Shown here in pieces: positions 52,188 through 62,256 of a stretch of DNA of 64,000 nucleotides. The DNA is from Vulcanimicrobiota bacterium. Lineage in GTDB: Bacteria; Vulcanimicrobiota; Vulcanimicrobiia; Vulcanimicrobiales; Vulcanimicrobiaceae. Within the stretch, counting starts at the first letter, position 1. Each line of letters opens with the position of its first letter. The stretch spans positions 960,001 through 1,024,000 of the forward strand of contig CAVTCS010000003.1 in NCBI GenBank assembly GCA_963733295.1, given 5' to 3'. Under the pieces are notes generated by a model, which was not told the DNA's origin, searched no databases, and saw only the letters and a list, made by a program, of their open reading frames with translations. Made by a program: the position numbers and the translations under genes.

Positions 52188-53273
52188 TTAGGCTGCGGGA
52201 ACCGGCTCGAAGGTTTGCTGCACCGCGGAAACGAGTTGCCACAACTGATCGTCGAGAACGTGATTCGACTGCGTCATCTGTTTCAGGCGTGCTTTCTCCG
52301 GCGTATCGGCCATCTGCCCGAACAGATCTCCTAGTTTAGCGCGGTAGGCGCCGAGGGGTTCGGCGAGGCTTGGAACCGACGACGCGTGCGGCAGCAGGAG
52401 GGCAAGGCCCGCTTCGATGCTGGCGAACGGCGTAGCTAGGAGCTCAGCGCGCGTGAACGTTCCGACCGTCTCGTCGATGCCCTCGAAGTCGTGGACGGAA
52501 TGCTGCGCATCCTCGGCCAAATGCGGTCCGACGACGCCGCGAAATGCTGCGAGCCCGCGCGCGATGTCGCTCGTTTCGATCGACTCGAGCCAAGACGGCG
52601 TTACGCTGAAATTCGGCATGAAGGCGGCGAGGAGTGGGTTGCCCAGCGTTTCTCCGACGGCGGCACGCAGCATAGCGAGTTGCTGTCCCGCTTCGGCGCG
52701 AACGGTTTCGTCCGTGCAGCGCACGTCGTCGGGTACGAGCAGCCGCAGCACGAGCGAGTGACGATACCAGCCAAGTCGCTCGACCGTGAAAAGTTTGTCA
52801 CAGACCTGGACGAATCGCCGCACGCGGTCGTTCGTCCAACGAAGCCGCACGCTTAGCCGGGCCGTCCCGGTGGTGACGGCGGCCAGGCTCAGCGGTGCGA
52901 CTCGCGGCACGAGCTCCGGCGTCGACGCCGTAGCGGTTCCCAACTTCGGAATCTCTTGCAGCGCGGGTCGCTGCAGCCCGGCTTCGATCGGGTGTATTCT
53001 TGCGAGCGAAGGGTCGAGAAAAGACAGGGTCAGCCTTTGCTCCTTTGCGTAAGGGCCGGCTGCGCACAAAACGACCGTCGAGACGACATCCGGAACGGCG
53101 CCGCGTGGGGGACGCGGCTCGAACGAACGGCCGTCGTGACAGCGTAGACGGCCGATTCCGGGATTCGTGAAGGCGACGGAAAGGACGTCGTTTTCCGAAT
53201 ACGGTCCGCCGGCGGTCAGCACGCGGAGGATCGCGATTTCCGCGAGCCCGGCGGCGTCGCCGTCCGCGCTCAT
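52188..53273 (-). CDS. Hypothetical protein in the pilus cluster
   Basis: 361-aa ORF; ATGA overlap with the secretin gene; no recognised motif. Confidence 0.65.
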   Translation of the reverse strand: MSADGDAAGLAEIAILRVLTAGGPYSENDVLSVAFTNPGIGRLRCHDGRSFEPRPPRGAVPDVVSTVVLCAAGPYAKEQRLTLSFLDPSLARIHPIEAGLQRPALQEIPKLGTATASTPELVPRVAPLSLAAVTTGTARLSVRLRWTNDRVRRFVQVCDKLFTVERLGWYRHSLVLRLLVPDDVRCTDETVRAEAGQQLAMLRAAVGETLGNPLLAAFMPNFSVTPSWLESIETSDIARGLAAFRGVVGPHLAEDAQHSVHDFEGIDETVGTFTRAELLATPFASIEAGLALLLPHASSVPSLAEPLGAYRAKLGDLFGQMADTPEKARLKQMTQSNHVLDDQLWQLVSAVQQTFEPVPAA

Positions 53274-54679
53274 TTCGACTCCGGCGCGGCGTCGCTCACG
53301 AGATGCGGCGTTATGAGGAAGACGACTTCGTCCTTCGTGTGCGACGTTTGCCGATTCTTGAAAATCTCGCCGACGATGGGAATGTCGGCGAGGAAAGGTA
53401 TCTTCGTAAGAGTCGAACTGTCGACGTCCGAGAAGAGACCGGCAATGACGATCGTTTCCCCGTCGTGCACGCGCAAAGTCGACTGAGCCTTGCGCGTTCC
53501 GATGACCGGAAACGTCCCGACGAATGCGAGAAACTGGCTGTAATCGGTCTCGAGGTCGGTCGTGATCGAGCCGTCGGCGCCGATCGTCGGCGTTACGTGC
53601 AAGTTGACGCCGACGTTGACGAACTGAACCTGTTGGGTTCCGGTGCGCGGATCGAAGTAGACGATCGGATAGGATTCGCCAACGAGCAAAGCGGCCGGAA
53701 CGTCGTTGAGCGTCGAAAGACTTGGCTCCGCCAAGATGGAGGCTTGTCCTTTCGTCACCATCGCGTTGAGGGTCGCATTGATCGCGACCGACCTGTTGAC
53801 GAACGTCGTTACGGTCGAACCGCTGCCTGCATGCTGCGTACCGTTGACGTCGATGCCTCCAAAAAGAATGCCGACGTCCATCGAGTCGCTCTGGGGCGTC
53901 AAATCCGTTACCCGCACCTCATACTTCACTTGCCGGCCCGGGCGGTCGAAACTCGCCAGCAGTTGGCTGGCCTGAGCGATGAAGTCGTCGGTGCCCGAAA
54001 GGACGACGTCGTTCCGCAGATCCCCGGCGTAGGCACCGGAGGGCGGTACGATCTGGAGGCTGACCGCCAGCGCAGCCAGCGCATCGCGCGCTTTGATGTA
54101 CTTTATGTCGACCGTCGCGGTCCGTAGCGTCGTGGATCGATCCAACTGTGCGATGAGTTCTCTCGAACGTGCGATCGTGTCCGCCGACCCGGTTACGACC
54201 ACGCTCGCCGTCCGGCGATCGGCGACGATGATCGTCCCGCGCGGCAATGCGTCGCTTAAACTACGCGCGACGTCGCCGGCCGTCGCGTTCCGCAACGCGA
54301 ACGTTTGCGTGCGCAAACCATAGGCGCCGGCATTCGGAAAGCGCCGCGTCATCACGTCGTATGGTCCGAGATAGACTATCCCGTCCTGACGAACGACGGC
54401 GAGGCCGTTGCTTTCCGCGAGGGTAGCCAGCGCCCGATCGAAACTGACGCCTTCGAGTCGCAGCGTCACGGGATGGTGCGACACGGAGCTGTCGACGACG
54501 ACGTTTACCGAAGCTTGGGTGGCGAGGAGTCTCACCGTATCGTAGATATCGAGATCGCGAACGTCGAGCGAGATGAGCTCGGAGGTGGCCGCGACGGGAA
54601 AGCACGTCGTGTTGACGGCGACGGTGCAGGCAAACGTGAGGACGAAAAAGCGGAACATCGGCGAAGCTCCTTTGATCAA
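53270..54679 (-). CDS. Secretin (PilQ/GspD family)
   Basis: ISLDVRD.DI, N-domain repeats (ADRRTASVVVTG), ILAEPSLSTLN, VGVNLHVTPTI, GETIVIAGL, KIPFLADIPIVGEIFK. Confidence 0.92.
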   Translation of the reverse strand: MIKGASPMFRFFVLTFACTVAVNTTCFPVAATSELISLDVRDLDIYDTVRLLATQASVNVVVDSSVSHHPVTLRLEGVSFDRALATLAESNGLAVVRQDGIVYLGPYDVMTRRFPNAGAYGLRTQTFALRNATAGDVARSLSDALPRGTIIVADRRTASVVVTGSADTIARSRELIAQLDRSTTLRTATVDIKYIKARDALAALAVSLQIVPPSGAYAGDLRNDVVLSGTDDFIAQASQLLASFDRPGRQVKYEVRVTDLTPQSDSMDVGILFGGIDVNGTQHAGSGSTVTTFVNRSVAINATLNAMVTKGQASILAEPSLSTLNDVPAALLVGESYPIVYFDPRTGTQQVQFVNVGVNLHVTPTIGADGSITTDLETDYSQFLAFVGTFPVIGTRKAQSTLRVHDGETIVIAGLFSDVDSSTLTKIPFLADIPIVGEIFKNRQTSHTKDEVVFLITPHLVSDAAPESK

Positions 54680-55458
54680 TAAGGCGGCCGCAAGGGCGGA
54701 AGCGGATAGGGCGTCGGCCCGTTCGGGTCCGCAGTGGGACTGACGCCGACCGGCAGAAAGTCGGGAACGATCGTCGGAAGCGGGCCCGGTGGTGGAAGCG
54801 TCGCGAATGCCGCGGGTGACGGCCGAGCCGGCACAAGGGGAAGCCCGCCCGGGGAGGCTGCGGGAGTCGCGCTCGCCCTGCCGCGCAGCGCCTCTAAGAG
54901 CAAGCGGCGCAGCTCGTCGATCGTCGTTCTGGTCCCGCGAGTTCGCGAGCCCGGTCCTTCGTGCGAACTTTCGCGTGAGGAGAGTTCGAGAGTCGAGTCG
55001 TCGCTGAAGCTGATGCCGTGCAGGCCGATGCGTTTGATGGTGCGCTCGCCGAGCTTGCTGCCGACGTGCACGATGTCGATCGCGGTTCCGTCCTGCACGT
55101 ACGCGACCGGGTGGTCGCCCGCGATCGTCGCCTTGAGTTCGAGCGTCGTGACGTTCGAATCGGCGATCGGGCCGGCCGGTTCCGGCGGCGGACCCGCGAT
55201 ATCTGGAACGCTGGCGCTGATGCCGGATTGCGCAGGTGCTGGTCGCGCTAGAGGTCTCCCGGCGAACGGGTCACGACGGATCGCCGCTTCAACCGGCGGC
55301 GAGTGTCCGAGGCGCGGAACGCTGAGGGTCGCGCTCGGCGGCACTTCTTGGCCGCGGGCGAGCAAAGCCTCGCCGAACGGTCCGGACGAAATCACGTATG
55401 CCGTGGCGGAGGCTGTCAGCAAAGCCGCACGTTGCCGGCGAGACAACGCGATCCTCAT
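54676..55458 (-). CDS. Pro-rich hypothetical protein (PilP/GspC-like by position)
   Basis: RRDPF motif; LELKATIAG..PVAYV...VHVG; lies between the PilO-like and secretin genes. Confidence 0.55.
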   Translation of the reverse strand: MRIALSRRQRAALLTASATAYVISSGPFGEALLARGQEVPPSATLSVPRLGHSPPVEAAIRRDPFAGRPLARPAPAQSGISASVPDIAGPPPEPAGPIADSNVTTLELKATIAGDHPVAYVQDGTAIDIVHVGSKLGERTIKRIGLHGISFSDDSTLELSSRESSHEGPGSRTRGTRTTIDELRRLLLEALRGRASATPAASPGGLPLVPARPSPAAFATLPPPGPLPTIVPDFLPVGVSPTADPNGPTPYPLPPLRPPY

Positions 55459-56021
55459 GGCACGTTCTCGCGCGGCGGTTCGAAGAGCGTAAGCGGAACC
55501 ACGCTGATGAGCGAGTTCGCGCTACGTCGCACGCTCGGCTCTGCGACTGAAACCAAAGCGTTTCCGCGCGAGAGGTCCGCGATTGCCTCGAGGAGGTTCG
55601 CGTAGGAACCCTCGAGCACGAGCGAGCCGTGCTCCTCGTCCATCCGCCGACGCGCCGGGCGCGTCATTCCCGTCCCGCGAACCTCCGGCGCGTGTTGGGG
55701 CGCGCGTTGAAAGGAAGTAGAAACGACTCGAATTCGGCGGCGGCGCGCAATCCGACCCAAATCCTGCACGAACGTATCTTCCGGCTGCTCCCTCAGGAGT
55801 TTACCGACTTGTTCGCGCAACGCGTTGCGCTCGGAGCGCAGAAGCGGAGTGTTCGCGAAGGCGACCTCATCGTTGTGAAGCAGCTGCTCGGTGTCGCTCA
55901 AACTCAGCTGGACCGCGGCGATGCGTGGTTCGAAGTAGAACACGACCGACAAAACCGTTGCCACCGTCACAGCGAGCGTCAACCCTCTCGCCAAACCGGC
56001 CGGCGCGGAGGAAAGCTTCAT
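55455..56021 (-). CDS. PilO/GspM-like alignment protein
   Basis: N-terminal TM, coiled coil, LEGSYANLLEAIADL. Confidence 0.65.
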   Translation of the reverse strand: MKLSSAPAGLARGLTLAVTVATVLSVVFYFEPRIAAVQLSLSDTEQLLHNDEVAFANTPLLRSERNALREQVGKLLREQPEDTFVQDLGRIARRRRIRVVSTSFQRAPQHAPEVRGTGMTRPARRRMDEEHGSLVLEGSYANLLEAIADLSRGNALVSVAEPSVRRSANSLISVVPLTLFEPPRENVP

Positions 56022-56560
56022 TTCTGCAGGTCTAGCTCGGCAGCAAACGCATAGTGCCCGTCGTCGCGGCGGTGGAGATCGGTGAGCACGGCCTTGCCTC
56101 TGGGCATCTCGCGCTCGAGGAACGCCGCCGTCGAGCCGGCGAGCTCGATGGATGAGGTCTCACCGCCGAGTTCGACCGTTCGCCCACTCCAGGACAAGCG
56201 GTCGAGCCAGACGCCTTGCGGAATTGCGTTTCCGACGCGCGCGATCTGGAGCGCGGCTTCGTTTCCGCTGTCGTGCAACTCGGCTGCCGAGGCTCGGACG
56301 TCTTGTAGATGCGCAACCTCGAGCGCGATCCTGCGCGTCTCCGCACGCCGTCCGTCGTTCGCCTGGGCGAGATCGATTTGTCGTCGCGCCTCATCTTGCA
56401 TCCGATACAAGCGCCAACCCTCGACTCCGCCGGAAGCGGCCGCGGCAAACGCGATCCAGACGATCGCGAGTGCGACCGCTCGCAGAGCGTCCGGATCCAA
56501 AGCAATGCCGAAGAGCGCAATCTTCGTACCGGCTGCCGGCAACAGATTTGCCCGTATCAC
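56018..56560 (-). CDS. pilN: PilN-like protein
   Basis: IRANLLP motif, TM segment, IPQGVWLDRL...VELGG; GTG overlaps the pilM stop. Confidence 0.8.
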   Translation of the reverse strand: MIRANLLPAAGTKIALFGIALDPDALRAVALAIVWIAFAAAASGGVEGWRLYRMQDEARRQIDLAQANDGRRAETRRIALEVAHLQDVRASAAELHDSGNEAALQIARVGNAIPQGVWLDRLSWSGRTVELGGETSSIELAGSTAAFLEREMPRGKAVLTDLHRRDDGHYAFAAELDLQK

Positions 56561-57411
56561 GTTGCGGCGACCATACGCGATGCGGATGCCCATGAGGCGA
56601 GGCCGTAGGCAAAGAGCCAGCTCGGCGCGTCGGTTTCACCTACGCGCACCGAGGCGACGGCGTAGCCGTCGGCCTGCAACAATTCGCCGAGCAATTCGAC
56701 CCGGTCGGCGTCGCCGGTGACGGCGACGCGCTGCACGTCGGCGAGACCGCTACGCCGCGCGTCAACAAAGGCTGCTCGAACTTGACCGGCCAGCCGATCG
56801 GCTCCGAGGCGCGGCGCGAAGAGCTGCGTCGGACCGAGGGGCTCGGCGAAGATCGTCAGTGCGGCGCGCTCGCCTCTACAATCCAAGACGGCGTCGGCGC
56901 AGTTCACGGCGCGGCGCCAAACACAAGCTGGAACGTCGACCGCAATCGGCTTGAGCCCGGCTGCGCGCGCGACTGCGACGCGGTTCTCGAGCGGTTCCCG
57001 GCGTGCGATCGAAAGCAGCACCGCACCTTCGAGGTTGGGCAAGGGATCGAGCGCGATAGAACGTTCGCTGGGCGGCCAGGGAGCGAGTACGTCGGCCTCG
57101 AGCGCTGCAGCGCGATAGGCCTCGGTGCGCCGCGTTCCAGGCGAAAGGTGAAAGGGACGGCACACGATTTCGCCGGGCGGCGCCGCAAGAATGCAACGCC
57201 GTTCGTGCGTCTTGAAGGTTGAGAGCACTTCGCGGACGGCTTGCGCCATGCGCAAGTCGACGATGCTGTCGTCGAATGCTGCAACCTTGACGGTAGCGGC
57301 CTCCGTTACGACGACGCTCCGCGCTCGTTCCTCGAGCGCCACGATTGAAAGCGATTCGCTGCGAAAGTCGACGCCCAGCGGCAGCGAGCCCGTGGATTGA
57401 AAGAGGCGCAT
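56557..57411 (-). CDS. pilM: Divergent PilM-like protein
   Basis: LPLGVDF..., AGLKPIAVDV, AYGLA; precedes pilN. Confidence 0.7.
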   Translation of the reverse strand: MRLFQSTGSLPLGVDFRSESLSIVALEERARSVVVTEAATVKVAAFDDSIVDLRMAQAVREVLSTFKTHERRCILAAPPGEIVCRPFHLSPGTRRTEAYRAAALEADVLAPWPPSERSIALDPLPNLEGAVLLSIARREPLENRVAVARAAGLKPIAVDVPACVWRRAVNCADAVLDCRGERAALTIFAEPLGPTQLFAPRLGADRLAGQVRAAFVDARRSGLADVQRVAVTGDADRVELLGELLQADGYAVASVRVGETDAPSWLFAYGLASWASASRMVAAT

Positions 57412-57415
57412 GAAG

Positions 57416-58021
57416 TCAACCCTCCGCCGACAGGAATGTGAAGGCAGCGCCCGCAGCGAGGTGCGGCCCGAAGCGAACCTCCGCTCCGCGCGTACAGCTG
57501 CCTCGTACGAGCGCAAGCGTCAACCCGCTCAGCGACGCGGCCAAAAGTACGAGCGCGGTTCGAGACGGTCCGAACGCGGCACCCAGTGAATACAGCGCTT
57601 TCACGTCACCCAGGCCAATCGCCCGGCCACGCGAGATGACGAAAACGAACCCCGCAAGTCCGGCGCTTTCCAGGATGCCGAGAAATGCTTCGTGGGTGCG
57701 ACCGGAAGCGAGCGCGGCGCCGAGGGCGATCGTTCCCGCGGGAAACGTTATCGCATCGATGAGGTAACCCGTGCGCGCGTCGACGACTCCGGCGGCGATG
57801 AGCGCGATGCAAACGCACCCCGTAGGCGCCGCGTGCGGGCCACGGTACGCGGCGACGGCAGCCAAGATGACCGCTCCGCTCCAAGCGAGCGGCGGCATCG
57901 CGATGCGTAGGGGTGCGATGAGCGTCGCGACGCGCGTGGCGCGGGTGAAGATCAACGTCGACCAGAGCATTACGCCGCAGAAGATGAGCGCCGCTCGGAC
58001 GAATTCGCTTAGAGCTTGCAT
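57416..58021 (-). CDS. Prepilin peptidase (A24, short form)
   Basis: VVDARTGYLID, IGLGDVK, VRFGPHLAAG. Confidence 0.85.
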   Translation of the reverse strand: MQALSEFVRAALIFCGVMLWSTLIFTRATRVATLIAPLRIAMPPLAWSGAVILAAVAAYRGPHAAPTGCVCIALIAAGVVDARTGYLIDAITFPAGTIALGAALASGRTHEAFLGILESAGLAGFVFVISRGRAIGLGDVKALYSLGAAFGPSRTALVLLAASLSGLTLALVRGSCTRGAEVRFGPHLAAGAAFTFLSAEG

Positions 58022-58500
58022 ACGCCGCTCTGCGGGGCATAGTGGAGCGTGGTATTCCCGGCTGCCGTACCGAACGCGCAGGTTCCAAGATTTGCGAGCG
58101 AGTTGGCGTCGTAGGCGCCCGGAGCATCGATGACGTACGAAGCGTTTCCGGTTGCCACGCCGCCGCCGTGGGTGTAGATGTAGTCTTGGCCATCGACGGG
58201 ATCGATCGGGGTTTGCTCCAGATATGGATTCGTCGCCGCGCCGTACAGGTCGATCGGCGTAACCTGCAAACCCGTGCCGGGCGGGTAGTCGTCTTTGTCG
58301 GCGTAGTAGAGTTCGAGCGACGTGGCGATCTGTTTGAGGTTCGCTTCCGATGTCGCGACTTGCGCCTCTTGCCGGGCGTGGATGAAATTGGGGATGATGA
58401 TCGTCGCGATCAACGCGATGATCGAGACCACGACCATCAATTCGATGAGCGTGAAGCCGCGCTGGTTCTCCAAAGGCTGCAAGGCGAGCGTATCGGTCAC
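58009..58500 (-). CDS. Type IV pilin / GspG-like major pilin
   Basis: NQRG|FTLIELMVVVSII class III signal; NLKQIATSLELYY; C-terminal Cys pair; AGGAG SD before GTG. Confidence 0.92.
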   Translation of the reverse strand: MTDTLALQPLENQRGFTLIELMVVVSIIALIATIIIPNFIHARQEAQVATSEANLKQIATSLELYYADKDDYPPGTGLQVTPIDLYGAATNPYLEQTPIDPVDGQDYIYTHGGGVATGNASYVIDAPGAYDANSLANLGTCAFGTAAGNTTLHYAPQSGVCKL

Positions 58501-58511
58501 AGAAAGTTCTC

Positions 58512-59729
58512 CTAGCGGATGGAACCGGCAAGAGTGGAGAGGGGCACGTAGACGACGTATAAAATCGTCCCGATCACGAAACCGAGTCCGACGGTGACGA
58601 TTGTTTGCACGATCGCAGGAATCGCGGCGAGCAACGCCTCGGCGTCTTCTTCGTAATATTCCGCGATCTTGACGAGCATCTGGGGGATGTTCCCGGCGTG
58701 CGATCCGACGCGCACGAAGCCGAGCGCGAGCGGTTCGAACAACCCGCTCGCGCAGAGGGCCTCTTCGAGCGAGGCGCAACTGCCCGACGCGATTGCGTCG
58801 CGCGCGGCGCGCAGGGCGCTGGTGTAGAGCGGGCTTCCGGCGACCGGCGCCGAGACGTCGAGCGCGCGCACCTGGCTGATCCCCGATTGAAGCAGCGTCG
58901 CCATGACGCGCGCTGTCCTAGCGACGACGCTCTTGCGAAGTGCTTCGCCAAGAATCGGGACGCGCAGACGCAACCGATCGAACGCGAGGGCTCCCGAAGG
59001 GTTCGTGACCCATCGCATGAGACCAAAAGCCACTGCGGTCGAGATCGCGAGGAGCGCCGCCAAAGCAGCGGGATTCGCAGCCAAATGCGCTAGGGTCAAG
59101 AGGGCGCCCATGGCAGCGGACGGCGCAGTGCCGAATTGCCGGAACAATTCGGCGAATTGCGGAACGACGACGATCAGCAGATATGCGCTTACGAAGAGCG
59201 CGACGATGACGACGAGAGCCGGGTAGAAGAGCGCGCCACGGAGCCGTTTGCGCAAGGTGTGATCGCGCTCGAGGAAGCCTGCCAACCGGTCGAACGCGTC
59301 AGCGCGGTTGCCGCTCTCTTCGCCGGCCGCAACCATCGCAATTTCCAGGTCGCTGAACTCATCGGGGCGCCTGCCCATCGCCGCGTGGAGCTTTTCGCCG
59401 CCCCGCTCGACCGCGGCCCGAACGCCGCGCAGCGCTTCCCGAAAGCGCGCGCTCGAAGCTTGTGCGGTTAAGAGCTCGAGGCTCGTCGAGAAGTCGACGC
59501 CGGCCTCTTCGAGCGCGGCGTAGGCGCGAAAGAAGGCCAGACGTTCGCCGATCTTGGCCCGGCGCCACACGGCGAAGGGCGGCAAGGCGGTCGAGGCGAC
59601 GAGCTCGGATGCGACGAGCCTGCGCTCGCGCAGCGTCGCCAACGCGGCCGCTCGATCGCTCGCGCGCATGCGACCGGCGACGCGTTCGCCGCCCCTCGTG
59701 CGCGCCGTATAGTTGAACGTTACGGACAT
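58512..59729 (-). CDS. pilC: PilC/GspF platform protein
   Basis: FNYTART..G, AGEESG, ALFYP, VVVPQF, KIAEYYE. Confidence 0.92.
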   Translation of the reverse strand: MSVTFNYTARTRGGERVAGRMRASDRAAALATLRERRLVASELVASTALPPFAVWRRAKIGERLAFFRAYAALEEAGVDFSTSLELLTAQASSARFREALRGVRAAVERGGEKLHAAMGRRPDEFSDLEIAMVAAGEESGNRADAFDRLAGFLERDHTLRKRLRGALFYPALVVIVALFVSAYLLIVVVPQFAELFRQFGTAPSAAMGALLTLAHLAANPAALAALLAISTAVAFGLMRWVTNPSGALAFDRLRLRVPILGEALRKSVVARTARVMATLLQSGISQVRALDVSAPVAGSPLYTSALRAARDAIASGSCASLEEALCASGLFEPLALGFVRVGSHAGNIPQMLVKIAEYYEEDAEALLAAIPAIVQTIVTVGLGFVIGTILYVVYVPLSTLAGSIR

Positions 59730-60811
59730 CAGCGCACGCTCGCAACGAGGCGAATCTGATCGGGGTAGTCCGACGCGGCCAGCGCGACTTCGTAGGTGAC
59801 GAGGCCGGTCTCGACCAAACGCGAGAGATCCATTTCGAGCGTCTGCATCCCGTCCCGCCGCGATATCTCGATCGTATTTCGAACCTGCAGCGATTTCTCG
59901 GGCGAAAGCAACTGCGAGCGCACCGCCGCATTGTTAAGGAGAATCTCGCAGGCGGCGTGGCGCCCCCGGCCGCTCGAGTCGGCTACGAGCCGCATCGAGA
60001 CGATCGCTTGCAGCGAGTGCGCCAGCTGCATGCGCGCCTGCTCCTGGCGCCCGCCCTCGAAGACGCCGACGACGCGCTGCACGGTCTCGGCGGCTTCCGA
60101 GGTGTGCAACGTGCTAAACACGAGATGGCCCGTTTCGCTCGCCTGAAGACAGGCCGACATGACATCGGGATCGCGCAGCTCGCCGATCAGGATCACGTCG
60201 GGATCTGCTCGTAAAAGGCCACGTAGAGACTCTGCGTAGGAACCGACATCTCGGCCGATTTCGCGTTGCCGGATCAGCGAGAGCTTGCTGCGGTGCCGGT
60301 ATTCCACCGGTTCCTCGACCGTCACGATATGCCGCCGATAGCGCTTGTTGATCTCGTTGATGAGAGCGGCCAAGGCGGTGGATTTCCCCGATCCGGTTGG
60401 GCCCGTGAACAGCACGAGACCGTGAGGAAACTCGGCAAAGGTCGCGACGATGTCGGGAAGTCCCAAACTTGCAAGCTCCGGAACACCTTCGCGAAGAAGA
60501 CGCATCGAGAGCGCCAAGCCGTTCTCGCCGCGAAACGCGTGAATGCGGATCGCCCCGAAACTCGGGTGAGCCAGCGCGCCGTCGGCCGCCCCGTGAACGC
60601 CATTGAGCCGGTCGTATTCCTTTTTGCTCAGATAGGTCTCGCAGAAAGCGCGGACCGACTCGGGTTCGATCACCGCCAAGTCCATGCGCTGCATCGCCCC
60701 GTCCACGCGCGACCACGGCGGCTCGTTGCCCTCGACGTGAAGATCGGAGGTGCTGGCAGCCTGCGCGCTTTCACGCACGACCCGGATCGCCTCCTCGATA
60801 TCGGCGAGCAC
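59729..60811 (-). CDS. pilT: PilT-family retraction ATPase
   Basis: GLVLFTGPTGSGKST, TVEEPVEY, QREIG.D, ADPDVILIGELRD, ETGHLVFSTLHT, GMQT. Confidence 0.9.
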   Translation of the reverse strand: MLADIEEAIRVVRESAQAASTSDLHVEGNEPPWSRVDGAMQRMDLAVIEPESVRAFCETYLSKKEYDRLNGVHGAADGALAHPSFGAIRIHAFRGENGLALSMRLLREGVPELASLGLPDIVATFAEFPHGLVLFTGPTGSGKSTALAALINEINKRYRRHIVTVEEPVEYRHRSKLSLIRQREIGRDVGSYAESLRGLLRADPDVILIGELRDPDVMSACLQASETGHLVFSTLHTSEAAETVQRVVGVFEGGRQEQARMQLAHSLQAIVSMRLVADSSGRGRHAACEILLNNAAVRSQLLSPEKSLQVRNTIEISRRDGMQTLEMDLSRLVETGLVTYEVALAASDYPDQIRLVASVR

Positions 60812-60816
60812 CGCGG

Positions 60817-62256
60817 CTACTCCGCGTCATCAAAGGAAAGGTGCCGCAGCACCTCGCCTTCCGACGTAACGCCGGCCGCAACGTGACGCAGCGCGTCGAC
60901 GACCATCGGCCGGTAGCCGATGCCGAATGCGATCGCGCCGAGCTGCGTCGGCGTATCGCCGCGTTCGATCGCCGCAGCCAGTTCCGGTTTGATTTCAAAG
61001 ACCTCGAAGGCCCCGACGCGCCCCTGGAACCCGGAGTGCGAGCAGCTTTCGCAGCCGCGCGCGTCCCAGGCTGCGGTCCCGGATGCCAGCCCGTAGCGGC
61101 GCGCGACGGCGAGCGCCTGCGAGGAGATCGAGCTCTTGATTTTGCAGCGTCGGCAGAGCATCCGCAACAGCCGCTGTGAAAGCGCGAGCGTGAGCGACGA
61201 GGCGAGCGTCGCCCGATTCGCACCGAGTTCCGCGAGACGCGCGGGCACGCGCAGCGCGTCGCGAGCGTGTAAGGTCGTGACGAGCGAGATTCCGGTGAGG
61301 CTCGCGGCCAGCGCGATCTGCACCGTTTCGACGTCGCGTAACTCGCCGATGAAGAGCTGCTGCGGATTCTGTCGCAGAAGCGCGCGCAGAGCCACGGGGA
61401 AGGTCACGCCGGCACGCTCGTTCACCGCGATCTGCGCTACGCCGGGAATGCGGCACTCGACCGGGTCTTCTACGCTGCAGACGTTGATCTGATCGAGGTC
61501 GAACGTTTGGAGCGACGCGTAGGAGGTCGTCGACTTGCCGCTGCCGGTGGGGCCGGCGACGACGCAAAAGGCGCCCGGGCGCTTCAGCGCACGTTGAAAG
61601 CGTGCCAACAGCTCGCTCCCCATTCCGAGCTGTTCCAGATCGGGCACGAGATCGAAACGTTGCAGAAAGCGCAACACGATCTTTTCCATTCCCGACACCG
61701 GGATCGTCGACGTTCGCACCTCGAAGGCTCTCCCGTCGAAGCTGACCGACAGACGCCCGTCCTGCGGTATGCGCGATTCTCCGGTGTTCATGTTCGCGCG
61801 AACCTTGATGAGCGAGACGACTCTTTCGAAGAGCTCGGCCTCGAGCTTTCGGTCACTCTGTAAGACGCCGTCGACGTCGAGCCGGACGCGACCCCCGCGG
61901 TTTTCCACGGGCTCGACGTGCACGTCGGAGGCATAGCTCGTGATCGCCGCGGCGAAGATCTCGTCGAGAGTCTGCGCCGCCAACGAGTCGCCGTCGCGCG
62001 CGGGCAAAGCCGGATAGAGAGACTTGAGCTGCTCGCGGATGTCGCGCACCGGCAACACCATCGTGACGACGTCCTTGCGCGTCTGCTGCCGGATCTTCTC
62101 GATGAGTTCGGCCGTCTCGCTCGCAACGGCCACGGTGATGCAGGTGCCGTCGTACGCGACGGGTAGAACGTCGGCGTCGTACGCGAGCGCGCGGGACAAG
62201 ATCGCCGCTGCGGTCTGCTGCGTAGCTAAGGGTGCCTGTTCGGAGAGTTGCGTCAC
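60817..62256 (-). CDS. pilB: PilB/GspE assembly ATPase
   Basis: ASDVHVEP, PQDGR, GPTGSGKSTT, VEDPVE, QRLLRMLCRRC...GCESCSHSGFQGR. Confidence 0.92.
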   Translation of the reverse strand: MTQLSEQAPLATQQTAAAILSRALAYDADVLPVAYDGTCITVAVASETAELIEKIRQQTRKDVVTMVLPVRDIREQLKSLYPALPARDGDSLAAQTLDEIFAAAITSYASDVHVEPVENRGGRVRLDVDGVLQSDRKLEAELFERVVSLIKVRANMNTGESRIPQDGRLSVSFDGRAFEVRTSTIPVSGMEKIVLRFLQRFDLVPDLEQLGMGSELLARFQRALKRPGAFCVVAGPTGSGKSTTSYASLQTFDLDQINVCSVEDPVECRIPGVAQIAVNERAGVTFPVALRALLRQNPQQLFIGELRDVETVQIALAASLTGISLVTTLHARDALRVPARLAELGANRATLASSLTLALSQRLLRMLCRRCKIKSSISSQALAVARRYGLASGTAAWDARGCESCSHSGFQGRVGAFEVFEIKPELAAAIERGDTPTQLGAIAFGIGYRPMVVDALRHVAAGVTSEGEVLRHLSFDDAE

